A program made the translations under genes and the position numbers. 64,000 nucleotides of DNA from a virus. The notes under the pieces are model-generated. The model saw nothing but the letters and a program-made list of their open reading frames with translations. It was not told where the DNA came from and did not search any database. Location: the UHGV virus genome UHGV-0289908; one strand, written 5' to 3'. Numbering within the stretch: the stretch's first letter is position 1; the number at the start of each line of letters is the position of its first letter. This document shows positions 9,553-18,315 of the stretch, one piece after another.

Positions 9553-9972
9553 ATGTTAAGAGATGTAGCTTATGAAGAACATTCAATACTGAAGCACATT
9601 CGTGCAGACAAGATTGTTACAGACAATGTTAGAGTGCGTGGAACAGTCGAGCTAATAAAGACAGAGTATGACGGATATTCTAAAAAGAAAATGGTCTACG
9701 TTACAGACTTGAGTCTATGTAGTTGGGACAATACTCCAAAGTGCGATTTACCAGACATTAAGCTAAGAGTGAGTTATTCCGACAACTTTAAAAAGAATCG
9801 TGTAGAAAGCGGAGACCATATCGCTTTCACATGTAGAATTCAAATTGAACATCCTCAACAAACGTGTTACGATGGGCTAAGACCTAATCATTGCAACAAT
9901 ATTACAAAACTTATTGTTGCATATTATGAGCAATATCAGAATCTAAAGGAGGATGTAGATAATGAACAATAG
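9553..9972 (+). CDS. Hypothetical protein, possibly an OB-fold nucleic-acid binder. Translationally coupled to the helicase gene.
   Basis: ATG 9553 after AGGAGCG. Overlaps the ATG of the next gene at 9962. No recognisable catalytic motif. Confidence 0.4.
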   Translation: MLRDVAYEEHSILKHIRADKIVTDNVRVRGTVELIKTEYDGYSKKKMVYVTDLSLCSWDNTPKCDLPDIKLRVSYSDNFKKNRVESGDHIAFTCRIQIEHPQQTCYDGLRPNHCNNITKLIVAYYEQYQNLKEDVDNEQ

Positions 9973-12349
9973 AGAGTTTACCTGCATGGTGGAATTCAAT
10001 CGACAATTCTATCCTAAAGACAACAAAAAGATTATGGATGGAGATTGGGGGATTGTTACTGTAAAAGTTCACGAGATTGAGGTTGATGGTGAAATGCTCG
10101 ACTATAATAAACTGGACTTTAACAACAAGCATAAAGATTATGCTTTGCATATTGACTCTCGATTTGGCACTATCACTATCAAGGGAAACATGTGCGAAAT
10201 GCACAAGGATACGAGATACAAGGTTTGTCTTAAAGAGGTCTACGACAGTAAAAACGAGCGTTGGGGATATGACATCAAGTTTATTCAAGAGCGATATTCA
10301 TTTGATACAGTAGAGAAACAAAGAAAGTTCCTATTGCGTATCCTAACCGAGCGTCAAGTGGACAACATCTTCGCCACATTCGAGAGCCCTATGGAGATTC
10401 TTGAGAATAACGACGTAGAAGCATTAACGAATGTCAAAGGAATTGGTGGAAAGACGGCTCAAGACATCCTGTCTAAATTCATGGCTACCAAAGATTTTGG
10501 AAAAGCGTTCGTAGAGCTTAGTGGGTATGGATTAACAAATGCTATGATTTACAAACTTGTTGACCGCTACGGTAGTCCAGACATTGTGGTAAGTAAGGTG
10601 AAGAACAATCCATACATTCTCGCACACGAGGTTGATGGTATCGGATTCTTAAAAGCCGACGCTATTGCGTTGTCAGTGGGATATGACCCAAATTCGCCTA
10701 AACGTTGTTCGGCATATTTACAGTACTTCTTCGATAATATGGTTCAAGAGGGTCATTCATATGTAACAGGAGAGCATATGATGGATGCCATCTACGACGC
10801 TCTAGGGAACACATTTAATCATGGAAGTATTGGTTTGGCACTACGTTGGCTAACTGATAAAGGCAAGCTATGGTTCAATGAAGACCGCACCGTATTTGCT
10901 TCACGCAAGCATTACGAAACCGAGCGTCTTGTTGCCTTAAATATCATTCGACTGGTCAATGCCGAAAACAACTTCTACTTTGATAATTGGGAGGAGAAGA
11001 TAGCACAGGTTGAAGCAGAACAGGGATGGCAGTTCACAGACGAACAATATACTTCTATCCAATCAACCCTTGAGCACAATGTAGTAGTTACCGCAGGATA
11101 TGGAGGAACAGGGAAATCAAGTTCTGTTTCTGGAATGTTGAGAGTCCTTGAGGGATATACTTTTGCTCAGTGTGCTCTTTCGGGGAAAGCGTCTGTAAAC
11201 ATGATGCACATTACGGGAGCAGATGGGTACACAATCCACCGATTGCTTGGATACAATCCTCAGACTGGGTGGAAGCACAGTGAGAGCAATCCATTAGAGT
11301 ATGACATCATTATCCTAGACGAGTTCTCAATGGTTGACGCTGAACTGTTTGCTCGATTGCTATGTGCCATCAAAGACGGGGCAAAGTTAATTATGTTAGG
11401 CGATACAGGACAGTTAACCAACATTGGAATTGGAAATGTCATGCACGACCTAATTGAGTCTGGATATGTTTGGACTAACCAACTTACACAGATTCACCGA
11501 CAGGCAGCCAAGTCCGCTATCATCACAGAGTCAATCAAACTTCGTAATTCAGAACATATTGTTAAGGCAGGATTTGAAGGACGAGTGATACTTGGTGAAT
11601 TGCAAGACCTTGAGATTATTGGATATAAGGAACATGAGAACCGCAAGACTGGCGAGAATGGCAAGGGTGTTCAACTCATTATGGACGAATACTTACGCAT
11701 TCGACCTAATGTAAGCAACATCATGGACATCTCAGTAATTCTCCCAACAAACTATCGAGGGACATGCACTTACAAGTTGAACCTGCTGATTCAAGCTGTG
11801 GAGATTAATCACAAGAAAGGCTTAAACGTTCGAGGTCTTGAGATTGGTGGAGACCACCCATACACATTATACATAGGTGACAAGGTCATCAATACAAAGA
11901 ACAACTATCAGTCGTTCTACAGAGAATACTTAGGGGAAGACGAATTTGGTAACCCAATGTATGACAAAGTTAAACGTGAGATTTATAATGGAAACATGGG
12001 AATTGTAACAGCGATTGACCATCAAAACCGAGAAATCGAAGTTGACTTTGAGCGTATAGGAAAGGTTACAATTACAGCGGACGATTTGAGCAATATCCAC
12101 CTTGGGTATGCGATTAGTGTCCATAAGTCGCAGGGGGCAACAATTCCTTATGTTATTGTAGGGGTGGATTACACTCACTTTAAAATGCTGTCTCGTGAGT
12201 TAGTATACACAGCAATTACCCGAGCCAAAAAACATTGTGTCTTGGTAGCAGAAACACGAGCATTGCGTCGAGCAACCACTACAACAAACATTATCTCAAA
12301 ACAGACTTTCCTTCCATTCTTCTTGGATGGGTCATTGCCAATTTTGTGA
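9962..12349 (+). CDS. RecD2-like superfamily-1 DNA helicase with an N-terminal HhH-containing domain
   Basis: Walker A VTAGYGGTGKSS. Walker B or DExx IIILDEFSMVD. HhH motif VKGIGGKTAQDIL. SF1 motifs LGDTGQL, YAISVHKSQGA and VYTAITRAK. Confidence 0.8.
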   Translation: MNNREFTCMVEFNRQFYPKDNKKIMDGDWGIVTVKVHEIEVDGEMLDYNKLDFNNKHKDYALHIDSRFGTITIKGNMCEMHKDTRYKVCLKEVYDSKNERWGYDIKFIQERYSFDTVEKQRKFLLRILTERQVDNIFATFESPMEILENNDVEALTNVKGIGGKTAQDILSKFMATKDFGKAFVELSGYGLTNAMIYKLVDRYGSPDIVVSKVKNNPYILAHEVDGIGFLKADAIALSVGYDPNSPKRCSAYLQYFFDNMVQEGHSYVTGEHMMDAIYDALGNTFNHGSIGLALRWLTDKGKLWFNEDRTVFASRKHYETERLVALNIIRLVNAENNFYFDNWEEKIAQVEAEQGWQFTDEQYTSIQSTLEHNVVVTAGYGGTGKSSSVSGMLRVLEGYTFAQCALSGKASVNMMHITGADGYTIHRLLGYNPQTGWKHSESNPLEYDIIILDEFSMVDAELFARLLCAIKDGAKLIMLGDTGQLTNIGIGNVMHDLIESGYVWTNQLTQIHRQAAKSAIITESIKLRNSEHIVKAGFEGRVILGELQDLEIIGYKEHENRKTGENGKGVQLIMDEYLRIRPNVSNIMDISVILPTNYRGTCTYKLNLLIQAVEINHKKGLNVRGLEIGGDHPYTLYIGDKVINTKNNYQSFYREYLGEDEFGNPMYDKVKREIYNGNMGIVTAIDHQNREIEVDFERIGKVTITADDLSNIHLGYAISVHKSQGATIPYVIVGVDYTHFKMLSRELVYTAITRAKKHCVLVAETRALRRATTTTNIISKQTFLPFFLDGSLPIL

Positions 12350-12397
12350 TAAAATATTATAAAATGGATTGACATTTTGCGACATTTTTGATATAAT
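12350..12397 (+). promoter_or_regulatory. Sigma-A-type promoter P3: 15-mer (12350-12364), -35 TTGACA (12369-12374), 17-nt spacer, extended -10 TGaTATAAT (12389-12397)
   Basis: Read directly from the sequence. Confidence 0.7.
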
Positions 12398-12424
12398 ATA
12401 GGTATGTTGAAAGGAGGTGACAAC

Positions 12425-12604
12425 ATGTCACAGAAGAGAGAGAAAAAGAAACATGAATATGACTTTCTATGCTTTTGTGGAGAGGTGTCAACACACCAAC
12501 TCCCTATAGAGCATGGGCTTAGCGGGACAAAGGCAAAGGGATTCGTTAGGTGTCCGCATTGCGACCGTGAGACATACTTGAAGATATACTTAGACTTAAA
12601 ATAG
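12425..12604 (+). CDS. Small zinc-ribbon protein (C-x-C ... C-x2-C)
   Basis: RBS AGGAGG 7 nt before ATG 12425 (the track start at 12404 is less likely). Cys pairs LCFCGE and CPHCDRE. Confidence 0.4.
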   Translation: MSQKREKKKHEYDFLCFCGEVSTHQLPIEHGLSGTKAKGFVRCPHCDRETYLKIYLDLK

Positions 12605-12615
12605 GGGGAAACAAT

Positions 12616-12798
12616 ATGGTAAAATTTATTACATATGCACTACAACTGGTTATCATTCTTATTTTACTTAAGGTGTGTTTCAATCTTGTGGTGATGGTAA
12701 TGGTGGGATTTATTAAAGCCATACCTGCTCTTGTTCTTGCGGTGCTTGCCTTGGTACTTTTAGATAAGATTTTTGACAACGAAGAAGAAGAAGAATAG
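12616..12798 (+). CDS. Small, very hydrophobic membrane protein (two predicted TM helices) with an acidic EEEEE C-terminal tail
   Basis: RBS GGGGGA before ATG 12616. 59 aa, mostly L/V/I. Ends in a (GAA)5 microsatellite at 12781-12796. Confidence 0.45.
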   Translation: MVKFITYALQLVIILILLKVCFNLVVMVMVGFIKAIPALVLAVLALVLLDKIFDNEEEEE

Positions 12799-12810
12799 GA
12801 GACGATTTAC

Positions 12811-13980
12811 ATGGCATTAGTTATTAAACGAGATGGAAATTTAACAGGGTTTAACAAGAATAAGATTAAGGTGGCAATTTTAAAAGCAATGGAGTATGGT
12901 AGCGGCATTGTCAATAAAGAGATTGCCGAAACTGTTGCTCAAGAAGCTGAAAATACATACAATGTTGATGGAAAGATGACAGTAAGCATTGCAGAGATTG
13001 AAGCATTCGTGTTTCAACAATTAGTCCAACACGGACATGAATTAACCGCACGTGCCTATGAAGGATACCGTTCTGTTCAAGCCTTCAAACGTGAGACAAA
13101 CACAACGGATGAATCAATCTTGGGGCTAATTCGTGGAACAAATGAAGAAGCTATCAATGAGAACTCAAACAAAAATGCTTACATTGCTTCTACTCAACGA
13201 GACCTTGTAGCAGGAGAGGTTTCAAAAGACCTTGCACGTAGACACTTAATTCCTGCTCATATTGTGCAAGCTCATGATGAAGGTGTCATTCACTATCACG
13301 ACCTTGATTATGCGTTACAACAAATTCCAAACTGTAACTTAGTTAACTTAAAAGATATGTTGGATAATGGCACTGTGATTAATGGAAAACGTGTTGACTC
13401 TCCAAATTCATTCTTAACTGCTTGTACTATTGCTACTCAAATTATGGCACAGGTTGCAAGTGGACAATTCGGAGGACAAACAAGCTCATTATCGCACTTA
13501 GCTCCTTACGTTCGTAAATCAAGAGAGCGTTACTATGACTTATTAAAGGACACAATCAACTCTATTGACGAGTTAAATAACACAGTTGATAAGTTAGTTA
13601 AGAAGGAGATTGCTTCTGGAGTACAGACAATCCAATATCAAATACAGACGCTCGCAACATCTAATGGTCAGTCACCTTTCGTTTCTTTATTCATGTATTT
13701 AAACGAAGATGAAGAGTATATCGAAGAGATGGCTTTAATCATTGAAGAAGTATTAAAGCAACGCATCTTAGGGGTGAAGAATGAGCAAGGAGTATACATT
13801 AGTCCTGCATTCCCTAAATTGCTTTACGTTCTTGATGAGAACAATACATACGAAGGTAGCGAATACTACTACTTAACTAAATTAGCAGTTGAATGTGTGT
13901 CTAAACGCATTGTTCCAGACTTCATCAGTGCTAAAAAGATGAAAGAACATTATGAAGGACAAGTGTTCCCTTGTATGGGT
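12811..13980 (+). CDS. nrdD: Anaerobic ribonucleoside-triphosphate reductase NrdD, exon 1 (ATP-cone and N-terminal catalytic half)
   Basis: Begins MALVIKRDGNLTGFNKNKIKVAIL, an ATP-cone. Class III RNR-like throughout. The exon ends ...EGQVFPCMG at a T, the nucleotide expected at a group I 5' splice site. An in-frame stop follows 3 codons into the intron. Confidence 0.8.
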
Positions 13981-14948
13981 AAGTAAAACTGCCCATGTAA
14001 AACTCGGTGAACCTAGAAATCTAGGGTGTATAATCAGCGATTAGTAGCATTAGGAAATGAGTGCTAATGATTATGCTAACAGGGGAAGTCGCATAGATTA
14101 TCCTGTGCTAAGTCTCAACATGCAGTATAGGAGGAGATGTCATGTATACTGTATATAAAGCCACCAATGTAAATAATCATAAAATCTATATTGGGGCAAC
14201 TAACAATTTAAAACGAAGAATAAATGAACACAAAAACCACGCACGCAAAGATAAGAGTAGATTCCACGGTGCAATTTTAAGGTATGGAATTGAAAGTTTT
14301 GTTTTTGAAATACTTTTACAATGTGAAAACAAAGAAGAAATGTTTGAAAAAGAAAAAGAGATGATTGCCCTTTTTGACTCTACGAACCCAGAGATTGGCT
14401 ATAACGAGACCGAGGGAGGTAGAGGAGGTCAAACTCACGACATACACGGAGAGAGAAATCCTATGCACGGCAAACTTTACACCGAAGAGGAGAGGAAAGC
14501 TCTATCGGACAAATTAAAAGGTCGAAAGATAACTGCCGAACATAGGCACAAAATAAGCTCAAGTCTCAAAGGAAAAGAAAAGAGTGAGCAACACAGGTTG
14601 AATTTATCAAAGGCTCTTAAAGGGAATCTTCCATCCAACTCCCGCAAAATCTCTGTGATACATACGATAACTGGAGAAATATTAACCTTTAACTCAGAAG
14701 CGGAAATGGAACGAGCGTTAAAATGTGGTCGTGCAACGGTTAAAAGTGGGCGAATTACCAAGAATGGATATAAATTGTATGTTGAGAAAAGTCAAGAGAC
14801 TATCGAAAGCATAGCATAAGAGAAAAACTTATGTGAAGAAGCGAGTAGAGTACATTTGAGGTGGAATTCCTCATTTGGAAGTGCCGAGGTCTTGTGTGTT
14901 GGTAATAGACATGCAAGACATGATATAGTCCAACCTCGCAAGAGGTTG
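13981..14948 (+). mobile_element. Group I-type self-splicing intron interrupting nrdD. It carries a homing endonuclease ORF.
   Basis: Inferred from the split nrdD reading frame. Exon 2 resumes at 14949 (CRSFLSPWKDENG...) directly after a G at 14948, as expected for a 3' splice site. The ~970-nt insert has an internal GIY-YIG ORF with its own RBS. The T4 nrdD (sunY) intron is the established precedent. Confidence 0.7.
14142..14819 (+). CDS. GIY-YIG homing endonuclease, intron-encoded
   Basis: N-terminal KIYIGATNNLKRRINEHKN (GIY-x10-YIG-type motif). Central NUMOD-like repeats (RKALSDKLKGRKITAEHRHKISSSLKGKEKSEQHRLNLSKALKGN). C-terminal DNA-binding tail. RBS AGGAGGAG before ATG 14142. Confidence 0.8.
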   Translation: MYTVYKATNVNNHKIYIGATNNLKRRINEHKNHARKDKSRFHGAILRYGIESFVFEILLQCENKEEMFEKEKEMIALFDSTNPEIGYNETEGGRGGQTHDIHGERNPMHGKLYTEEERKALSDKLKGRKITAEHRHKISSSLKGKEKSEQHRLNLSKALKGNLPSNSRKISVIHTITGEILTFNSEAEMERALKCGRATVKSGRITKNGYKLYVEKSQETIESIA

Positions 14949-15908
14949 TGTAGAAGTTTTTTATCTCCATGGAAAGATGAGAACGGAAACTACAAGTGGT
15001 ATGGTCGTCAGAATTTAGGAGTGGTCACTTTAAACCTACCAGATGTAGCATTAACTGCAAAAGGTGACTTAGACATGTTCTGGAACATTCTTGACCGCAG
15101 ATTAGAATTATGTAAAGAAGCATTAATGGTGCGAGTAGACTTATTGCGTGGAACACCATCTGATATTAGTCCAATCCACTGGCAATATGGAGCTGTAGCA
15201 CGACTTAAAAAAGGTGAAACTATTGACTCTATTATTGATAGTGGAGCTTGTTCTATTAGTTTAGGATACATTGGTCTTTGCGAAACTGTACGTGCTTTAA
15301 TTGGACAGTCACATACTACTCCAGAGGGTGAGAAGTTGGCAGTTGCAATTATGAAACGATTACGAGAATCAACAGACCGATGGAAACAAGAAACTGGCTT
15401 AGGATTTGGGCTTTACGGGACACCATCTGAATCTTTAACTTACCGTTTTGCTACTAAACTTCAACAACGTCATGGTATCATTGATGGAATCACTGACAAG
15501 TTATACTTAACAAACAGCTACCATGTTCACGTTTGCGAAGAGATTGACGCTTTCTCTAAAATGGCATTCGAGTCACAATTCCAAAAGATTTCATCTGGTG
15601 GAACTATTTCATATATTGAAGTGCCTAACATGAAGCACAATTTAGAAGCTCTACACCGAACAGTAGAATTCATGTATGAGAACATGCAATACTGTGAAAT
15701 CAATACTAAATCAGACTATTGCCAAGAGTGTGGATACGATGGAGAGATTTTAATTGATGACGAACTTGAATGGTATTGTCCAAACTGCGGTAACAGAGAC
15801 AAGAGCAAGATGAACGTTGTCCGCAGGACTTGTGGCTATTTAGGGGAGAACTTCTTCAACAAAGGTCGCACTCAAGAAATCAAAGAGCGAGTGTTACACT
15901 TAAACTAA
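14949..15908 (+). CDS. nrdD: NrdD exon 2, including the C-terminal glycyl-radical domain
   Basis: The frame of track ORF 14856..15908 continues CRSFLSPWKDENGNYKWYGRQNLGVVTLNLP... and ends ...VVRRTCGYLGENFFNKGRTQEIKERV, the glycyl-radical RxCGY motif of class III RNR. Joined, exons 1 and 2 give about 710 aa. Confidence 0.8.
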   Translation, partial: CRSFLSPWKDENGNYKWYGRQNLGVVTLNLPDVALTAKGDLDMFWNILDRRLELCKEALMVRVDLLRGTPSDISPIHWQYGAVARLKKGETIDSIIDSGACSISLGYIGLCETVRALIGQSHTTPEGEKLAVAIMKRLRESTDRWKQETGLGFGLYGTPSESLTYRFATKLQQRHGIIDGITDKLYLTNSYHVHVCEEIDAFSKMAFESQFQKISSGGTISYIEVPNMKHNLEALHRTVEFMYENMQYCEINTKSDYCQECGYDGEILIDDELEWYCPNCGNRDKSKMNVVRRTCGYLGENFFNKGRTQEIKERVLHLN

Positions 15909-15927
15909 TAATAAAGGGAGATATGAA

Positions 15928-16290
15928 ATGGCAGTTTACGAGTTAAAAGATTTTAAATATGAGGTGAAGGGGTCTGGCAATAGCTTTAAGCCCCATGCCC
16001 CTGTGCTAAATTGGTTTTTTATTCATGGTAATAAAGGGATAGAAACTTTTAATGGAATACCATCTGGGGTTTATAGCAAACTTGTTGACTTCATGAATAA
16101 TTGCGAACAATTCTCTCTGTCGCTTCATCAATGCGAGGGGACAACCACAGACTTTATTATTGTCAAAGGACGTGCATTCAATGGCATTCGTGAAATGAAG
16201 CAATGGATTAAAACTTGTGAGAACAAGTATCCTACTTACAAATATCTAATTGCGGATTACGAAACAGGACAGATTGAGCGTTTTATGTAA
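15928..16290 (+). CDS. Hypothetical protein lying between nrdD and nrdG
   Basis: RBS AAGGGAG before ATG 15928. No motif recognised. Confidence 0.4.
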   Translation: MAVYELKDFKYEVKGSGNSFKPHAPVLNWFFIHGNKGIETFNGIPSGVYSKLVDFMNNCEQFSLSLHQCEGTTTDFIIVKGRAFNGIREMKQWIKTCENKYPTYKYLIADYETGQIERFM

Positions 16291-16341
16291 TTTACAACTG
16301 GGGCTATGTGCCCCTTTTGCCATATCTATAGGAGGAATACT

Positions 16342-16845
16342 ATGAATTATCAGTTAGTGAAGTACAACAATATCGGCAATGGAATCGGCATCAGAACAAG
16401 TTTGTTCGTGACAGGATGTTCACATGGTTGTAAAGGATGTTTCAATCAGTCTATTGCTAACAAAAACGCAGGAGAGCCATTCACAGATGACGTTAAAACA
16501 GCAATTTTACAGTCATTAGAGCCTTCTTATATTGCAGGGTTATCTTTATTAGGAGGTGAGCCCATGGTGTCATACAACGCTCCAGAGTTAGCCAAACTAT
16601 GCCGTGAAGTGCGAGAGCTACATCCCACAAAGAATATATGGGTATATAGTGGCTTTACCTATGAGCAGATTATTGCAGACCCAATCAAACTAGAGTTACT
16701 GGAACAGTGCGATGTTCTAGTTGATGGGAAGTTTGAACAAAACCTATACTCTCCTCTGCTACGATTTAGAGGGAGTAGCAATCAGAGAATCATTGACATA
16801 AAGAAATCCCTAGAATCTGGTGCTGTGACACTATTCTTGGAATAA
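16342..16845 (+). CDS. nrdG: Anaerobic RNR-activating protein NrdG (radical SAM)
   Basis: RBS AGGAGG then ATG 16342 (MNYQLVKY...). Radical-SAM cluster motif GCSHGCKGCFN. Size and position next to nrdD fit NrdG. Confidence 0.8.
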   Translation: MNYQLVKYNNIGNGIGIRTSLFVTGCSHGCKGCFNQSIANKNAGEPFTDDVKTAILQSLEPSYIAGLSLLGGEPMVSYNAPELAKLCREVRELHPTKNIWVYSGFTYEQIIADPIKLELLEQCDVLVDGKFEQNLYSPLLRFRGSSNQRIIDIKKSLESGAVTLFLE

Positions 16846-16849
16846 TTGT

Positions 16850-16898
16850 TAAAATATTATAAAACACTGTTGACTTTATTGTCGAACGGTGATATAAT
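16850..16898 (+). promoter_or_regulatory. Sigma-A-type promoter P4: 15-mer (16850-16864), -35 TTGACT (16870-16875), 17-nt spacer, extended -10 TGaTATAAT (16890-16898)
   Basis: Read directly from the sequence. Confidence 0.7.
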
Positions 16899-16951
16899 TC
16901 AAATGTACCAGACGAGAGGTACAATACTTAATGATAGAGAGGTAGATACAT

Positions 16952-17425
16952 ATGACAACTAAATTATACTTACGTGGATTTGAGGAAGTTCCAACTCAAT
17001 TTAAACAAGTAGAGAATGAAACAACCATCCTCCCAGTTCGAGGAGACGCACGCAGTGCAGGATACGATTTCTATTCCAAAGAGACCGTAACAATTCCTCC
17101 ACATCAATCTCATTTATTCTGGACAGATGTGTGTGCATACATGCAAGACAATGAGGTATTGTTAATTCATGTACGCTCATCCATTGGTGTAAAGAAAGGG
17201 TTAATGCTTAAAAACACAACAGGGGTGATTGACTCTTCATACTATGCAAATCCAAGCAACTATGGAAACATTGGAATCTGCTTATACAACAATTCTGACA
17301 AACCAGTTGTGATTGAAGCACAAGAACGCATTGCTCAAGGGGTATTCCAAAACTATTTAGTGACAGACGAAGACTCTACATTACACATGGAACGTTCTGG
17401 AGGATTCGGTTCATCTAACCGATAA
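16952..17425 (+). CDS. dut: dUTP diphosphatase (trimeric dUTPase)
   Basis: Conserved dUTPase motifs AGYDFYS, RSSIGVKKG, GVIDSSYY and C-terminal RSGGFGSS. Confidence 0.85.
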   Translation: MTTKLYLRGFEEVPTQFKQVENETTILPVRGDARSAGYDFYSKETVTIPPHQSHLFWTDVCAYMQDNEVLLIHVRSSIGVKKGLMLKNTTGVIDSSYYANPSNYGNIGICLYNNSDKPVVIEAQERIAQGVFQNYLVTDEDSTLHMERSGGFGSSNR

Positions 17426-17476
17426 GCAATATTGACAACTAAATAATTTTCCAAACAATCGAAAGGAGATATGGAA

Positions 17477-18211
17477 ATGGTTAGCGTAACGACATTATGT
17501 GGCACACTACTTACTGTGTGTGCTACCATGAATAGTGTGCCTACAGAAGAAGTGGTTGCACAAAGTACATATGATACTGTAGATTCCCAACAGATTACCG
17601 AGTGGTTGGAGCAGGAGACTAATAAGTCTGTTTACTCCGACACTCGAAGTGTACTAAAGCCAGAGGTGGTAGAATACCTTGTTGGCTATCAAGCTCATGT
17701 TGAAGAAAAGGAGCGTCTTCGATTAGAAGAAATTGAACGTCAACAACAAGAGGAACTAGAGAGACAACGACTGGCAGAAGAAGCCCGACAACGAGAATTA
17801 GCGTCTTATACCAATACAGGGTATCGTCAGACGTATTACTCAGTTGCCGAGGGAGAAACAAACTTAGGAGCAGGCTATAATTATCAAAGTAAAGAAATCA
17901 CTGTTATTGACAATGTAATGAATTTTTACGACAAAGATTTCGGTTATCTCCCAATTTATGCCATTAATATTAATGAAGTGATGGAAAGCGGATTAAACGC
18001 AAAAGGAACACCCAATCTTTATGGAAGCGTTATTCAAATCAAGGACGAGAATGGGAATATTAGTCAAGGTATCGTCCTAGACGCATGTGGAGCTTGCTCC
18101 CGAGCCAATAAGATTGACCTCTGGGTTTATAATAACAATCAAGTCCATGACGTGTCAAATCTGGATTTTAAATATGTCCGTAAGGGATGGGATGATTATG
18201 TCGTTTATTAA
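17477..18211 (+). CDS. Secreted coiled-coil protein with a C-terminal 3D/RlpA-like (double-psi beta-barrel) cell-wall-binding or lytic domain
   Basis: Hydrophobic N-terminus, E/R/Q-rich coiled coil. C-terminal NLYGSVIQIKDENGNISQGIVLDACGACSRANKIDLWV resembles the 3D domain of YocH/YuiC-like proteins. The likely start is ATG 17477, 8 nt after AGGAG (the track start is 17471). Confidence 0.5.
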   Translation: MVSVTTLCGTLLTVCATMNSVPTEEVVAQSTYDTVDSQQITEWLEQETNKSVYSDTRSVLKPEVVEYLVGYQAHVEEKERLRLEEIERQQQEELERQRLAEEARQRELASYTNTGYRQTYYSVAEGETNLGAGYNYQSKEITVIDNVMNFYDKDFGYLPIYAININEVMESGLNAKGTPNLYGSVIQIKDENGNISQGIVLDACGACSRANKIDLWVYNNNQVHDVSNLDFKYVRKGWDDYVVY

Positions 18212-18241
18212 AATTTATAGTAAATAATTGTCAAATAGAGA

Positions 18242-18270
18242 TTGTACTATCATACGTAATGTGATATAAT
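18242..18270 (+). promoter_or_regulatory. Sigma-A-type promoter P5: -35 TTGTAC (18242-18247), 17-nt spacer, extended -10 TGaTATAAT (18262-18270)
   Basis: Read directly from the sequence. AT-rich upstream region, but no exact copy of the 15-mer. Confidence 0.5.
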
Positions 18271-18315
18271 GAGCAAGAAACAGAGGATTTATATGAAAAG
18301 GAAGGGACAAAATTC

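Noticed and set aside
12375-12391. The direct repeat GACATTTTGCGACATTTTT in the P3 spacer as a regulatory iteron
   Set aside because: Only two short copies exist. They may simply reflect an AT-rich spacer. The shared cGACA in P2 and P3 is noted under the promoter finding instead.
14856-14948. Track ORF start at 14856 (MRWNSSFGSAEVLCVGNRHARHDIVQPRKRL...) as an independent gene
   Set aside because: It has no RBS and starts at a TTG. The first ~31 codons lie in the 3' part of the intron. The coding sequence only becomes NrdD-like from CRSFLSPW at 14949, so this is exon 2 and not a separate gene.
974-15271. The - strand ORFs embedded in + strand early genes (974..1174, 1057..1449, 9911..10288, 11930..12178, 14477..14761 and 15008..15271)
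   Set aside because: They are antisense to confidently assigned genes (the HNH endonuclease, the helicase, the GIY-YIG endonuclease and nrdD). They have no translation signals.
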